Assembly (NCBI GenBank): GCA_963820825.1
Contig: CAWGBN010000006.1
Span: 224,001 to 288,000 of the forward strand
Source of the DNA: Vulcanimicrobiota bacterium
Lineage (GTDB): Bacteria > Vulcanimicrobiota > Vulcanimicrobiia > Vulcanimicrobiales > Vulcanimicrobiaceae
Length of the DNA: 64,000 nt
Direction of reading: 5' to 3'
Part shown: piece after piece, positions 44,789 through 53,695 of the stretch
Layout: the number at the start of each line of letters is the position of its first letter
Position numbering within the stretch: the stretch's first letter is position 1
Notes under the pieces: model-generated
Database searches by the model: none
What the model saw: the letters and a program-made list of their open reading frames with translations, nothing else
Told to the model about the DNA's origin: nothing
Position numbers and translations under genes: made by a program

Positions 44789-46141
44789 ATGCTCGATCGG
44801 CTTGAGACGACGCTGCGGATACGCGGCGGCGTGCGCTTGGAGGGTTCGGTGACTACGCACGGCGCGAAGAACGCCGCGTTGCCGATCATGGCCGCGTCGC
44901 TGCTCGCCAAGGGCACCGTCACGCTCCATCGCGTGCCGCGCATCACCGACGTATCGGTGATGTCGTCGCTGCTCGAAGCGCTCGGCGCGCGCATTCGCTA
45001 CGAAGGCGATAACACGCTGACGATCGATGCGAGCAACGTCGCGACCTACCGGGCACCCTACGCGCTGGTTCGCAAACTCGCCGCGTCGTTTGACGTGGTC
45101 GGCTCGCTCTTAGGACGCTTCGGCCGGGCCGAGGTGCCTTTGCCCGGCGGCTGCGTGCTCGGCACCCGGGCGACCGATATGCACGAGCAAGCCTTCGTCG
45201 CACTCGGTTGCGACGTACACAACGCGCACGGATACTTGATCGCACAGTCGCGCGGCCCGCAGTTGCGCGGCGCCGAGGTAGAGTTTCGCATGCCGAGCGT
45301 CGGCGCGACGAAGAACGCGATGCTCGCCGCCATGCTCGCCGATGGAGCGACGCGGTTGAATAACGTCGCGATGGAACCCGAAGTCGTCGACCTGGCAAAC
45401 TTCCTCGCGGCGATGGGCGCGAAAATATCCGGCCAGGGAACCGATACGATTCTCATCGAGGGCGTCCGCGAGCTGCACGGCGTCGAGTACGAGATCATCC
45501 CCGACCGCATCGTCACCGGAACGCTCTTGCTCGCCGGCGCGGTGACGCGCGGCGACGTGACCGTCAAAGCCTGCCGTCCGGACCATCTCAACGCGCTGAC
45601 CGATAAGCTGGTCGAGTGCGGCGTCACGACGATGACCGGCGACGATTGGATTCGCGTAAAGGCCGACGGGATCACCGGCGGCACCGATATTCTCACCGCT
45701 CCCTATCCGGGTTTCCCAACCGATTTGCAGCCGCAGGTGGTAGGCTTTCTCTGCACCTGTCCCGGCACCAGCATCGTCGAGGAGTCGATCTTCAACGCGC
45801 GCTTCTCATACGTGAACGAACTCGCGCGCATGGGAGCGGACGTCAAGGTGACGATGGAGAGCAACGCAGCCGTCATCAAAGGACCTAAGCAGCTCTCGGG
45901 AGCGCCCGTCGAAGCGCCCGACATTCGCGCCGGGGCCGGTCTGGTGATCGCCGGCCTGGCTGCCGTCGGCGAGACCGAGATCATCGGCCTTGAGTATATC
46001 GATCGCGGTTACGAGCGTCTCGAAGAGTTGCTCTCGGAGCTCGGCGGCCAGGTGCAGCGCAGCAGCGGCGTCACCCCGCTCGTCGAGCCGACGGGATTAT
46101 TCGAGACGAGCGAGTATCCTCGCGTCTCCGCAACTGGATAG
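44789..46141 (+). CDS. murA: UDP-N-acetylglucosamine 1-carboxyvinyltransferase
   Basis: GAKNAALP, LPGGC, SVGAT.N, PYPGFPTDLQ, IDRGYE. Confidence 0.95.
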   Translation: MLDRLETTLRIRGGVRLEGSVTTHGAKNAALPIMAASLLAKGTVTLHRVPRITDVSVMSSLLEALGARIRYEGDNTLTIDASNVATYRAPYALVRKLAASFDVVGSLLGRFGRAEVPLPGGCVLGTRATDMHEQAFVALGCDVHNAHGYLIAQSRGPQLRGAEVEFRMPSVGATKNAMLAAMLADGATRLNNVAMEPEVVDLANFLAAMGAKISGQGTDTILIEGVRELHGVEYEIIPDRIVTGTLLLAGAVTRGDVTVKACRPDHLNALTDKLVECGVTTMTGDDWIRVKADGITGGTDILTAPYPGFPTDLQPQVVGFLCTCPGTSIVEESIFNARFSYVNELARMGADVKVTMESNAAVIKGPKQLSGAPVEAPDIRAGAGLVIAGLAAVGETEIIGLEYIDRGYERLEELLSELGGQVQRSSGVTPLVEPTGLFETSEYPRVSATG

Positions 46142-46159
46142 ATTTCAAACTCCGGATGA

Positions 46160-47152
<993 letters not shown>

Positions 47153-47169
47153 CCATGGCGCCGTAACGG

Positions 47170-47877
47170 ATGCCGCCCGAGCGATTCGGCCGCATCATCG
47201 ATGCGCAAACCGTCGAACTCGACGAGATTGCCGAGGAAGTAGCGCGGACCGTCTTCTCCGGAGGGACGGTCATCCTACCCAACGATACGAGTTACCTCAT
47301 CGGATGCGACCCGTACGACTCCGAAGCGATCGATCGCGTCTATGCCGCGATGGGCAGACCGGATAACCGCCCGCTCACGATGCACGTCGCCACGGCTCAA
47401 GAGTTTCTAGAGTACGCGGCCGACAATCCGCTCGCAATTCACGCGGCCAAACGGCTGCTTCCCGCACCGGTCATTCTGCTCGTCCGTAAGCCCGCGTTCA
47501 TCAGCGACGAGTTGGCGGCGGGTCTACACACGCTGGCATTTCGAGTACCGGACGAACCGTTCGCACGCTGCGTGCTCGATCGTTGCGGGCCGATCGCCGG
47601 CACGACTGCGAATCCGCGCGGCGGCGCGCGCTACCTGGGCGGTTCGGATCGCTCGATGCTCCCCGGAGCCGATCTTCTGGTGGAGCACGGGCCGACGCGC
47701 TATAATAGCGAATCGTCAATCGTCGATCTCTCCGGCAGCCACGCTCGTTTGCTGCGCGAGGGCGCCGTCTCGGAACGGCACCTTACCGAGCTGCTTGGAC
47801 CGATCGAACGACCGACGGTAAAGGTACGCACGTCCGCTCGACAGGCTCAGGGCTCGGCTCAGGATAGACTCGGATAG
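47170..47877 (+). CDS. Sua5/YrdC (TsaC)-like protein, divergent
   Basis: P.DT.Y, GRP...PL, FRVPD, TTAN and SSIVD fold motifs. Confidence 0.8.
   Translation: MPPERFGRIIDAQTVELDEIAEEVARTVFSGGTVILPNDTSYLIGCDPYDSEAIDRVYAAMGRPDNRPLTMHVATAQEFLEYAADNPLAIHAAKRLLPAPVILLVRKPAFISDELAAGLHTLAFRVPDEPFARCVLDRCGPIAGTTANPRGGARYLGGSDRSMLPGADLLVEHGPTRYNSESSIVDLSGSHARLLREGAVSERHLTELLGPIERPTVKVRTSARQAQGSAQDRLG
47832..47869 (+). repeat. REP-like element forming the 3' end of the tsaC-like CDS
   Basis: TCGACAGGCTCAGGGC (47838-47853) is identical to alaS 55229-55244; followed by a second GGCTCAGGATAGAC. Confidence 0.75.
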
Positions 47878-48627
47878 ATGATTCGATCACTCTTCGCACT
47901 CACCGGCGTTATTTCGCTCGCGACGCCGTTTGCGAGCGCCGCTTCGCCGAGCCCGACGCCATCGCGTCCCTCGGCGGTGCGACCGGCACCGGCGCGTTCG
48001 ACCGGAGCGCTGCCGTCACCGAGCGCCGCACCGGCATCGTTCGATCTCGGCGTCTGGACCGTGCACGCGAGTTCGCTCGATGCGAACTTCAAAAACGGCG
48101 ATTTCAGCACGCCGAACAGAGTCGTGATGACGCGAACCGGCGGCGACGTAAGCGCCGACAAGGCCAACGGCAACTACAAGAAGCAGATGCTCTATCTCAA
48201 CGGCCACGTCGTCATGCACGACTCGCAGGGCAACGCCCAGTCCCTTGCCGGCGGCGAAGCGCCGCACGCTCCGAGCCCCTCGACGCTGACCGCCGATCAG
48301 GCGCAGATCGACGGAGCCGCAAAGATCTATAAAGCGATCGGCAACGTCCACTACGTCCAAGCCGATACCGTCGTCAACGCGAATACGGGCACGCTCAACG
48401 ATGCGGAGCACACCTTGCTGCTCGAAGGCAGCGTGCACATAACGCAGGGCACCCGCAGCATGAACGCCCGAAGAGTGCTCTACAACACGGCCACCGGAAC
48501 CGCGCATGCCGAGGGCGACGTGACGATGCAGTTCCCGGGTGAACTGCATCGCAAACTCGCGACGCCGCGCCCGATCAAAGTGCCGAAGAACGCGCTAACG
48601 GAGCCGGTATCGAGCTCGGCGCCCTAA
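47878..48627 (+). CDS. LptA/OstA-like beta-jellyroll exported protein
   Basis: Signal peptide, Pro-rich linker, repeated A.G.V and AD beta motifs. Confidence 0.7.
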   Translation: MIRSLFALTGVISLATPFASAASPSPTPSRPSAVRPAPARSTGALPSPSAAPASFDLGVWTVHASSLDANFKNGDFSTPNRVVMTRTGGDVSADKANGNYKKQMLYLNGHVVMHDSQGNAQSLAGGEAPHAPSPSTLTADQAQIDGAAKIYKAIGNVHYVQADTVVNANTGTLNDAEHTLLLEGSVHITQGTRSMNARRVLYNTATGTAHAEGDVTMQFPGELHRKLATPRPIKVPKNALTEPVSSSAP

Positions 48628-48637
48628 GCGCAGCGTA

Positions 48638-49879
48638 ATGATGCTCGGCTTCGCCCGTAACGAGATGCCGCTGGCGGCGCGCATGCGGCCGCGTAGCCTC
48701 GACGAGTTCGTCGGACAGGAGACGCTGCTCGGTGCGGGGCGCGCCTTGCGCGCGGCGATCGAACGCGACGCGGTGCCCTCGATGATCCTCTGGGGACCGC
48801 CCGGAAGCGGAAAGACCACGCTTGCCCAGATCGTCGCGCGTTCGACCGGTGCTCACTTCGAAGGCATGTCGGCGGTGAGCGCGGGGGTTGCGGATCTGCG
48901 GCGCGTCGTCGCCGAAGCGAAGGCACGCCAACGCGTCGGGAAACGCACCGTGCTCTTCGTCGACGAAATTCACCGGTTCAACAAGGGGCAGCAAGACGCA
49001 ATACTGCCGCACGTCGAGGACGGTACGGTCACGTTCATCGGGGCGACGACCGAGAATCCGTCGTTCGAAGTCAACTCGGCGCTGCTATCGCGAGCGCGCG
49101 TCTTCGTGCTCCAGCCACTCTCCGACGAGGACGTCGGACGAATCGTCGACCGCGCGCTGACCGACCGGGAGAACGGCCTCGGAACGCTGCAGATCGGGCT
49201 CGACGACGATGCCCGGCGCCTCTTGATCTCGCTTTCGAACGGCGACGCGCGCGCCGCGCTCAACGCCCTCGAGTTCGCCGCCGCGACCGCGGCCGCCGGC
49301 AAACGTGCCGCGATCGACGCCTCGCTGGTCTACGAAGCGATGCAGCGCCGTGCATCGCAGTACGACAAAGCCGGCGAGATGCATTACGATATCATCAGCG
49401 CGTTCATCAAATCGGTTCGGGCCAGCGATCCCGACGCGTCGCTCTACTGGCTCGCGCGAATGATCGACGGGGGCGAGGATCCGCTCTTCATCGCGCGGCG
49501 GCTGGTCATCCTGGCCTCGGAAGACGTCGGTCTGGCCGATTCGAACGGGCTGCAGGTTGCGATTGCCGCGCAGCAGGCCGTGCATTTCGTTGGGATGCCC
49601 GAGGGGTTCTATCCGCTCGCGCACGCGACGCTCTATCTTGCGACGGCCCCGAAGAGCAACGAAGTCGGGCGCGCCTACGGCGCCGCGATGGAGGACGTTC
49701 TTGCGACGCGCAACGATCCGGTTCCCATGCATCTTCGTAACGCGCCGACGGGGCTCATGCGAACGTTAGGATATGGTGAAGGGTACCACTATGCTCATAA
49801 CGACTACAGCGTAACCCAGCTCAATTTACCGCCGTCGTTGAGCGGCCGGCGCTACTACAAAAAAAGGCGGTCCGAGTGA
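48638..49879 (+). CDS. rarA: Replication-associated recombination protein A (MgsA)
   Basis: PLAARMRP, GPPGSGKTT, DEIHRF, GATTENP, SAFIKSVR, SEDVG. Confidence 0.96.
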   Translation: MMLGFARNEMPLAARMRPRSLDEFVGQETLLGAGRALRAAIERDAVPSMILWGPPGSGKTTLAQIVARSTGAHFEGMSAVSAGVADLRRVVAEAKARQRVGKRTVLFVDEIHRFNKGQQDAILPHVEDGTVTFIGATTENPSFEVNSALLSRARVFVLQPLSDEDVGRIVDRALTDRENGLGTLQIGLDDDARRLLISLSNGDARAALNALEFAAATAAAGKRAAIDASLVYEAMQRRASQYDKAGEMHYDIISAFIKSVRASDPDASLYWLARMIDGGEDPLFIARRLVILASEDVGLADSNGLQVAIAAQQAVHFVGMPEGFYPLAHATLYLATAPKSNEVGRAYGAAMEDVLATRNDPVPMHLRNAPTGLMRTLGYGEGYHYAHNDYSVTQLNLPPSLSGRRYYKKRRSE

Positions 49880-49898
49880 TACTCGGACCGCCAGTTTT
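49859..49898. terminator. Intrinsic terminator, probably bidirectional and strongest on the minus strand
   Basis: 12-bp perfect stem GGCGGTCCGAGT-GAT-ACTCGGACCGCC, with A7 on the left and AGTTTT on the right. Confidence 0.8.
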
Positions 49899-49973
49899 CC
49901 CGTTGCTACTTCTCGGAGTGTGCGTTGGAGCTTCGCACAACCAGATAATAGAACGCCAGACTGTGAGCGACCT

Positions 49974-51134
49974 GTGAACTCCGCGCGAATTTATCTCGAC
50001 AACGCAGCGACGACGGCGCTGCGCCCGGAGGTTGTGACCGCGATGCGGGAATCCGAGGCGGAGTATAACCCAAGTTCACTCCATACCGAAGGGCGGCGGG
50101 CGCGCGCCGCCCTCGATGCGGCGCGGGAGCGCGTTGCGACGTTACTCGGAGTCACCCGCAACGAAATCGTCTTTACCTCGAGTGGTACGGAATCGAACAA
50201 TCTGGCGTTGCTGGGCGTCATGCGCGCCGGCGGCGCGGGCGCGCACGTCGTTGCCCCGGCAATCGAGCACCACGCCGTTTTGGAAGCGCTCGAGCGGCTG
50301 CACGAGGAAGGCTTTCAAACCACCGTGCTCCCGGTCAGTTCGGATGGCCGGGTCGATCCCCGCGAGTTCGAAGCGGCACTGCGCCCGGGGACGCTCCTGG
50401 CCTCGGTGGCCTATGCGAACAACGAGATTGGGACGATCCAGCCGATTGCCGAGTTGGCCGCGATCGCACGCGAACGGGGCGTTCGCCTTCATTGCGATGC
50501 CGTCCAAGCGGCGAGCTGGCTCCCGCTCGGAGTCGGTGCCCTCGGGGTCGATCTGCTCTCCCTCTCCGCGCACAAGATCGGCGGGCCGCGCGGCGCCGGT
50601 CTGCTCTACGTCCGCTCGGGCGTCCCGCTGGCGCCGATTCTTTACGGGGGCGGCCAAGAGTCCGGCCGGCGCTCCGGGACCCAGAATCTCCCCGCGATCG
50701 CCGGGATGGCCCGCGCGCTGGAGATCGCGGTCGGCGAGCGCGAAGCGAACGCGGCTCGGGTCGAGGCGTTGCGCAACCGTCTCGAAGCCGGGATCCGGGC
50801 CGGCGTCCCCGACGTGCGGATCAACGGCGCGCCCCCCCGCCTCCCCAACCACCTCAACGTGAGCTTTGCCGGGGTGGAGTCGGCCGCGCTCCTCATCGCG
50901 CTCGATCTTGCGGGCGTCGCCGTTTCGGCCGGCAGCGCCTGTACCTCCGGAAGCCTCGAGCCGAGCCACGTCCTTCTCGCGATCGGCCTCGAGGAACGCT
51001 GGCAAACCGGCCCAATCCGGTTTACGCTGGGGGTAGAGAGTACGGCCGCCGAGATCGACCGGGTCCTGGCCCTGCTTCCGCCGCTGGTCGCCGAGCTTCG
51101 AAGCCCGGCAACGCTGCGGCGGGGGGATGGGTAG
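49974..51134 (+). CDS. iscS: Cysteine desulfurase (IscS/NifS, class V PLP)
   Basis: YLDNAATT, NPSSLH, FTSSGTESNN, SAHK, SAGSACTSG. Confidence 0.9.
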   Translation: MNSARIYLDNAATTALRPEVVTAMRESEAEYNPSSLHTEGRRARAALDAARERVATLLGVTRNEIVFTSSGTESNNLALLGVMRAGGAGAHVVAPAIEHHAVLEALERLHEEGFQTTVLPVSSDGRVDPREFEAALRPGTLLASVAYANNEIGTIQPIAELAAIARERGVRLHCDAVQAASWLPLGVGALGVDLLSLSAHKIGGPRGAGLLYVRSGVPLAPILYGGGQESGRRSGTQNLPAIAGMARALEIAVGEREANAARVEALRNRLEAGIRAGVPDVRINGAPPRLPNHLNVSFAGVESAALLIALDLAGVAVSAGSACTSGSLEPSHVLLAIGLEERWQTGPIRFTLGVESTAAEIDRVLALLPPLVAELRSPATLRRGDG

Positions 51135-51172
51135 ACTGAGAAAACGAACGGCGCGCCGCTGGAGGCAGAGGC

Positions 51173-51538
51173 TTGAGTAATACTGAGTGGGGCCCTTTAG
51201 TTCTCGATGTGCTGGTGGGCGTTGGCGCGCTGCTGGTCGGCATCGGCGTTCTCATCGCGGCCGTCGCACTCTCCAAGACCTTCGAGCGAGTCCGTACGAC
51301 CCTCGACGGCGTCGACCGGCAGCTGGAGAACATCGGGACGCCGGCGACGAGCACGCTGGCGCATATCGACGAAGTTACGCGATCGCTCGAGGAGACGGCC
51401 GGTACGCTCGCGCAGACTGCCGACTTGACGAAGAGTGCGGTGGTACCCGCGATCGTTAACGTCGGCGCGACGCTCGGTGGTGTAACCGCCGGTTTACGTC
51501 GCTTGGTTACTGGAAAAGACCGAAAGACCAAGGAGTGA
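51173..51538 (+). CDS. DUF948 (YtxG-like) general stress membrane protein
   Basis: N-terminal TM helix then heptad helix; adjacent to a YtxH-like gene. Confidence 0.65.
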   Translation: MSNTEWGPLVLDVLVGVGALLVGIGVLIAAVALSKTFERVRTTLDGVDRQLENIGTPATSTLAHIDEVTRSLEETAGTLAQTADLTKSAVVPAIVNVGATLGGVTAGLRRLVTGKDRKTKE

Positions 51539-51545
51539 TTAAACG

Positions 51546-51887
51546 ATGGGCAAGGGCAATGGCGGGGGCGGTGGGTTCTTCGCCGGTTTTCTCATCGGCG
51601 CAGTAATTGGCGGTGCTGCGGCGGTGCTCCTGACGCAGGAAGAGACGCGGGATCGGCTCGCCGGAAAGGCGCGTGAAGCCGGAGACTTTGCCATGGGCGC
51701 GACGGGCGATATACGCGGCAAAGTCAACGACGTTACCTCGCAGTGGCAGTCGAGCGTCTCCGAGCTCTACGAACGCGGCCGTCAAGTCGTTGAGAGCGCA
51801 CGGGCGAACATCGATGCTGCGGTCGCCGAAGGGCGTGCCGCGGCGGACGAGACGGCCGACGAGCTCCAACGGAAAGCCGACGGGTAG
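51546..51887 (+). CDS. YtxH domain protein
   Basis: GFFAGFLIGAVIGGAAAVLL...ETR motif. Confidence 0.8.
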   Translation: MGKGNGGGGGFFAGFLIGAVIGGAAAVLLTQEETRDRLAGKAREAGDFAMGATGDIRGKVNDVTSQWQSSVSELYERGRQVVESARANIDAAVAEGRAAADETADELQRKADG

Positions 51888-51891
51888 CGGC

Positions 51892-52236
51892 TTGGACATC
51901 AAGGTAAACGTCCGCGAAGCACCCGGCGATTGCTACGTCGTCGACCTGGCCGGTGAGATCGACGTCTACACTTCACCGAAAGTAAAAGACGCGGTCGGCA
52001 CACTGATCGATCGCGGCGTCTATCATTTGGTGATCAACCTCGAAAAGGTACGCTATATCGATTCGACCGGACTCGGTGTATTGATCGGCGGCCTCAAGCG
52101 CGTGCGCGAGCACGGCGGCTCGGTCAACTTGGTCTGCACGAACCTGCAGATCAAGAAGATCTTCGATATCACCGGGCTCGTCAAGATCTTCGGCATCTTC
52201 GATAGCGAGGACGCCGCGATGAAGGCGCTGGTATGA
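51892..52236 (+). CDS. rsbV: Anti-sigma factor antagonist (STAS)
   Basis: GEIDVYT, YIDSTGLG phosphorylation motif, FDITGL. Confidence 0.9.
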   Translation: MDIKVNVREAPGDCYVVDLAGEIDVYTSPKVKDAVGTLIDRGVYHLVINLEKVRYIDSTGLGVLIGGLKRVREHGGSVNLVCTNLQIKKIFDITGLVKIFGIFDSEDAAMKALV

Positions 52237-52667
52237 ACCAAGCGGTCGAGCAGTCCGTACCCGAACTCGTCGAGTTGCGCATTCCGGCGCGCGCCGAGTG
52301 GGTCGCACTTGCGCGTCTCGCCGCCGCGACGGTGGCGAACCGGCTGCACTTTTCAATTGAAGAGATCGAAGACGTCAAGCTGGCCGTTGCGGAGGCCTGC
52401 GCGGCGATCATTCAACTCGACGGTCACAGCGAGTTCCTCTTCCTTACTTGTGAGGCATTCCCCGACTCGCTGCGGGTCCGCGTGCGCGACAGCGGTGGGC
52501 ACGGTCTCCAATCGGCCGATCGTCAACGCATCAACTTCGACGAAGCTCGCATCGCTGGGCTCGGAATTTTTCTCATTCGCACGCTTATGGACGAGGTGAG
52601 CTACGACGTCCATCCCCAGCACGGCACCGATATCCTGATGGTCAAGCGGCTGAGTGTATCGGATTGA
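52233..52667 (+). CDS. rsbW: Anti-sigma factor Ser kinase
   Basis: IEDVKLAVAEAC, VRDSG, GLGIFLIRTLMDEV. Confidence 0.88.
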   Translation: MNQAVEQSVPELVELRIPARAEWVALARLAAATVANRLHFSIEEIEDVKLAVAEACAAIIQLDGHSEFLFLTCEAFPDSLRVRVRDSGGHGLQSADRQRINFDEARIAGLGIFLIRTLMDEVSYDVHPQHGTDILMVKRLSVSD

Positions 52668-52698
52668 GTAGCTCCATGATCCGCACCATACGACCTTA

Positions 52699-53502
52699 GT
52701 GTACTCACGTGAGGAGGCGCGCCCCGACCGCGAACGGACGCGCGAGCTGTTCGCGCGTTTTATCGGCGCGCGCAAACGCCACGACGAACGCCCCGAGCGC
52801 AGCGACCCCGAATACGAGCGCCTGCGCGACGAGCTTATCGTCGTCCACCTCAATCTCGTGCGCTTTCTTGCGGTGCGCTTCGCAAACCGGGGCGAGCCGC
52901 TCGACGATCTCGTGCAGGTCGGGACGGTCGGACTCCTCAAGGCGATCGATCGCTTCGATACCGAGCGCGGCGTCGAGTTCACCACCTATGCGACGCCGAC
53001 GATCGTCGGCGAGATCAAGCGATACTTTCGCGACAAAGGCTGGGCCGTCAAGGTTCCGCGGCGCCTACAAGAGCTCAACCTCGCCGTCAACCGCGCGAGC
53101 GACAAGCTCGCGATCGAGCTCGGACGCAGTCCGACCGTCGCCGAGCTTGCCGGCCATCTCTCCGCGGGCGAGGACGAGATTCTCGAAGCGCAGGAGCTCG
53201 GCCAGGCCTACAATCTCCTCTCGCTCGACAGCGAAGTCTCGGGTGAGAACGACAAGAAGTCGCAGACCCTCGCCGATACGGTCGGCGTCTCCGACGCCGC
53301 CTTGGAGCTCTTGGAGGATCGCGCGAATCTCGAGCGCGCCTTCGAGGTGCTCAGCGGCCGCGAGCGCGTGATCATCTATCTGCGCTTCTACGAATCCGTT
53401 TCGCAGACCGAGATCGCCAAGCGCCTCAACGTCTCGCAGATGCACGTCTCCCGCCTGCAGGCCAAAGCCCTTGAAAAACTGCGCGCCGTCCTAGCGGAAT
53501 AA
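52699..53502 (+). CDS. sigB: SigB/SigF/SigG family RNA polymerase sigma factor
   Basis: DDLVQVG.VGL.KAIDRFD, YATPTIVGEIKRYFRDKGW, SQMHVSRL. Confidence 0.9.
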   Translation: MYSREEARPDRERTRELFARFIGARKRHDERPERSDPEYERLRDELIVVHLNLVRFLAVRFANRGEPLDDLVQVGTVGLLKAIDRFDTERGVEFTTYATPTIVGEIKRYFRDKGWAVKVPRRLQELNLAVNRASDKLAIELGRSPTVAELAGHLSAGEDEILEAQELGQAYNLLSLDSEVSGENDKKSQTLADTVGVSDAALELLEDRANLERAFEVLSGRERVIIYLRFYESVSQTEIAKRLNVSQMHVSRLQAKALEKLRAVLAE

Positions 53503-53683
53503 CCGGGCTGCCGAAAAGGTCTCAGCGCACGACGTGATGCCTCGGAGCCGCTCGTCGCTGCACCCTCCGGGCTGCGCTCCTGCTGCACGGCCTCCTCGCT
53601 CCCGCCCTCCATTGCTCCGCTCGTCGGTCCGAGCCTCTTCGGCATCACGTCGTGCGCATCGACCTTTCTTGCCGCCGCGGTTA
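53500..53683. mobile_element. MITE-like long palindromic element
   Basis: Perfect 17-bp IR GCGCACGACGTGATGCC (53525-53541/53641-53657), outer IR AAAGGTC/GACCTTT, termini TAACCG/CGGTTA. Confidence 0.55.
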
Positions 53684-53695
53684 TAGTTGAGAGTA

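Noticed and set aside
53503..53695. T-box riboswitch upstream of alaS
   Set aside because: No TGG-N-ACCGCG T-box sequence or terminator/antiterminator layout. The region is one long palindrome instead.
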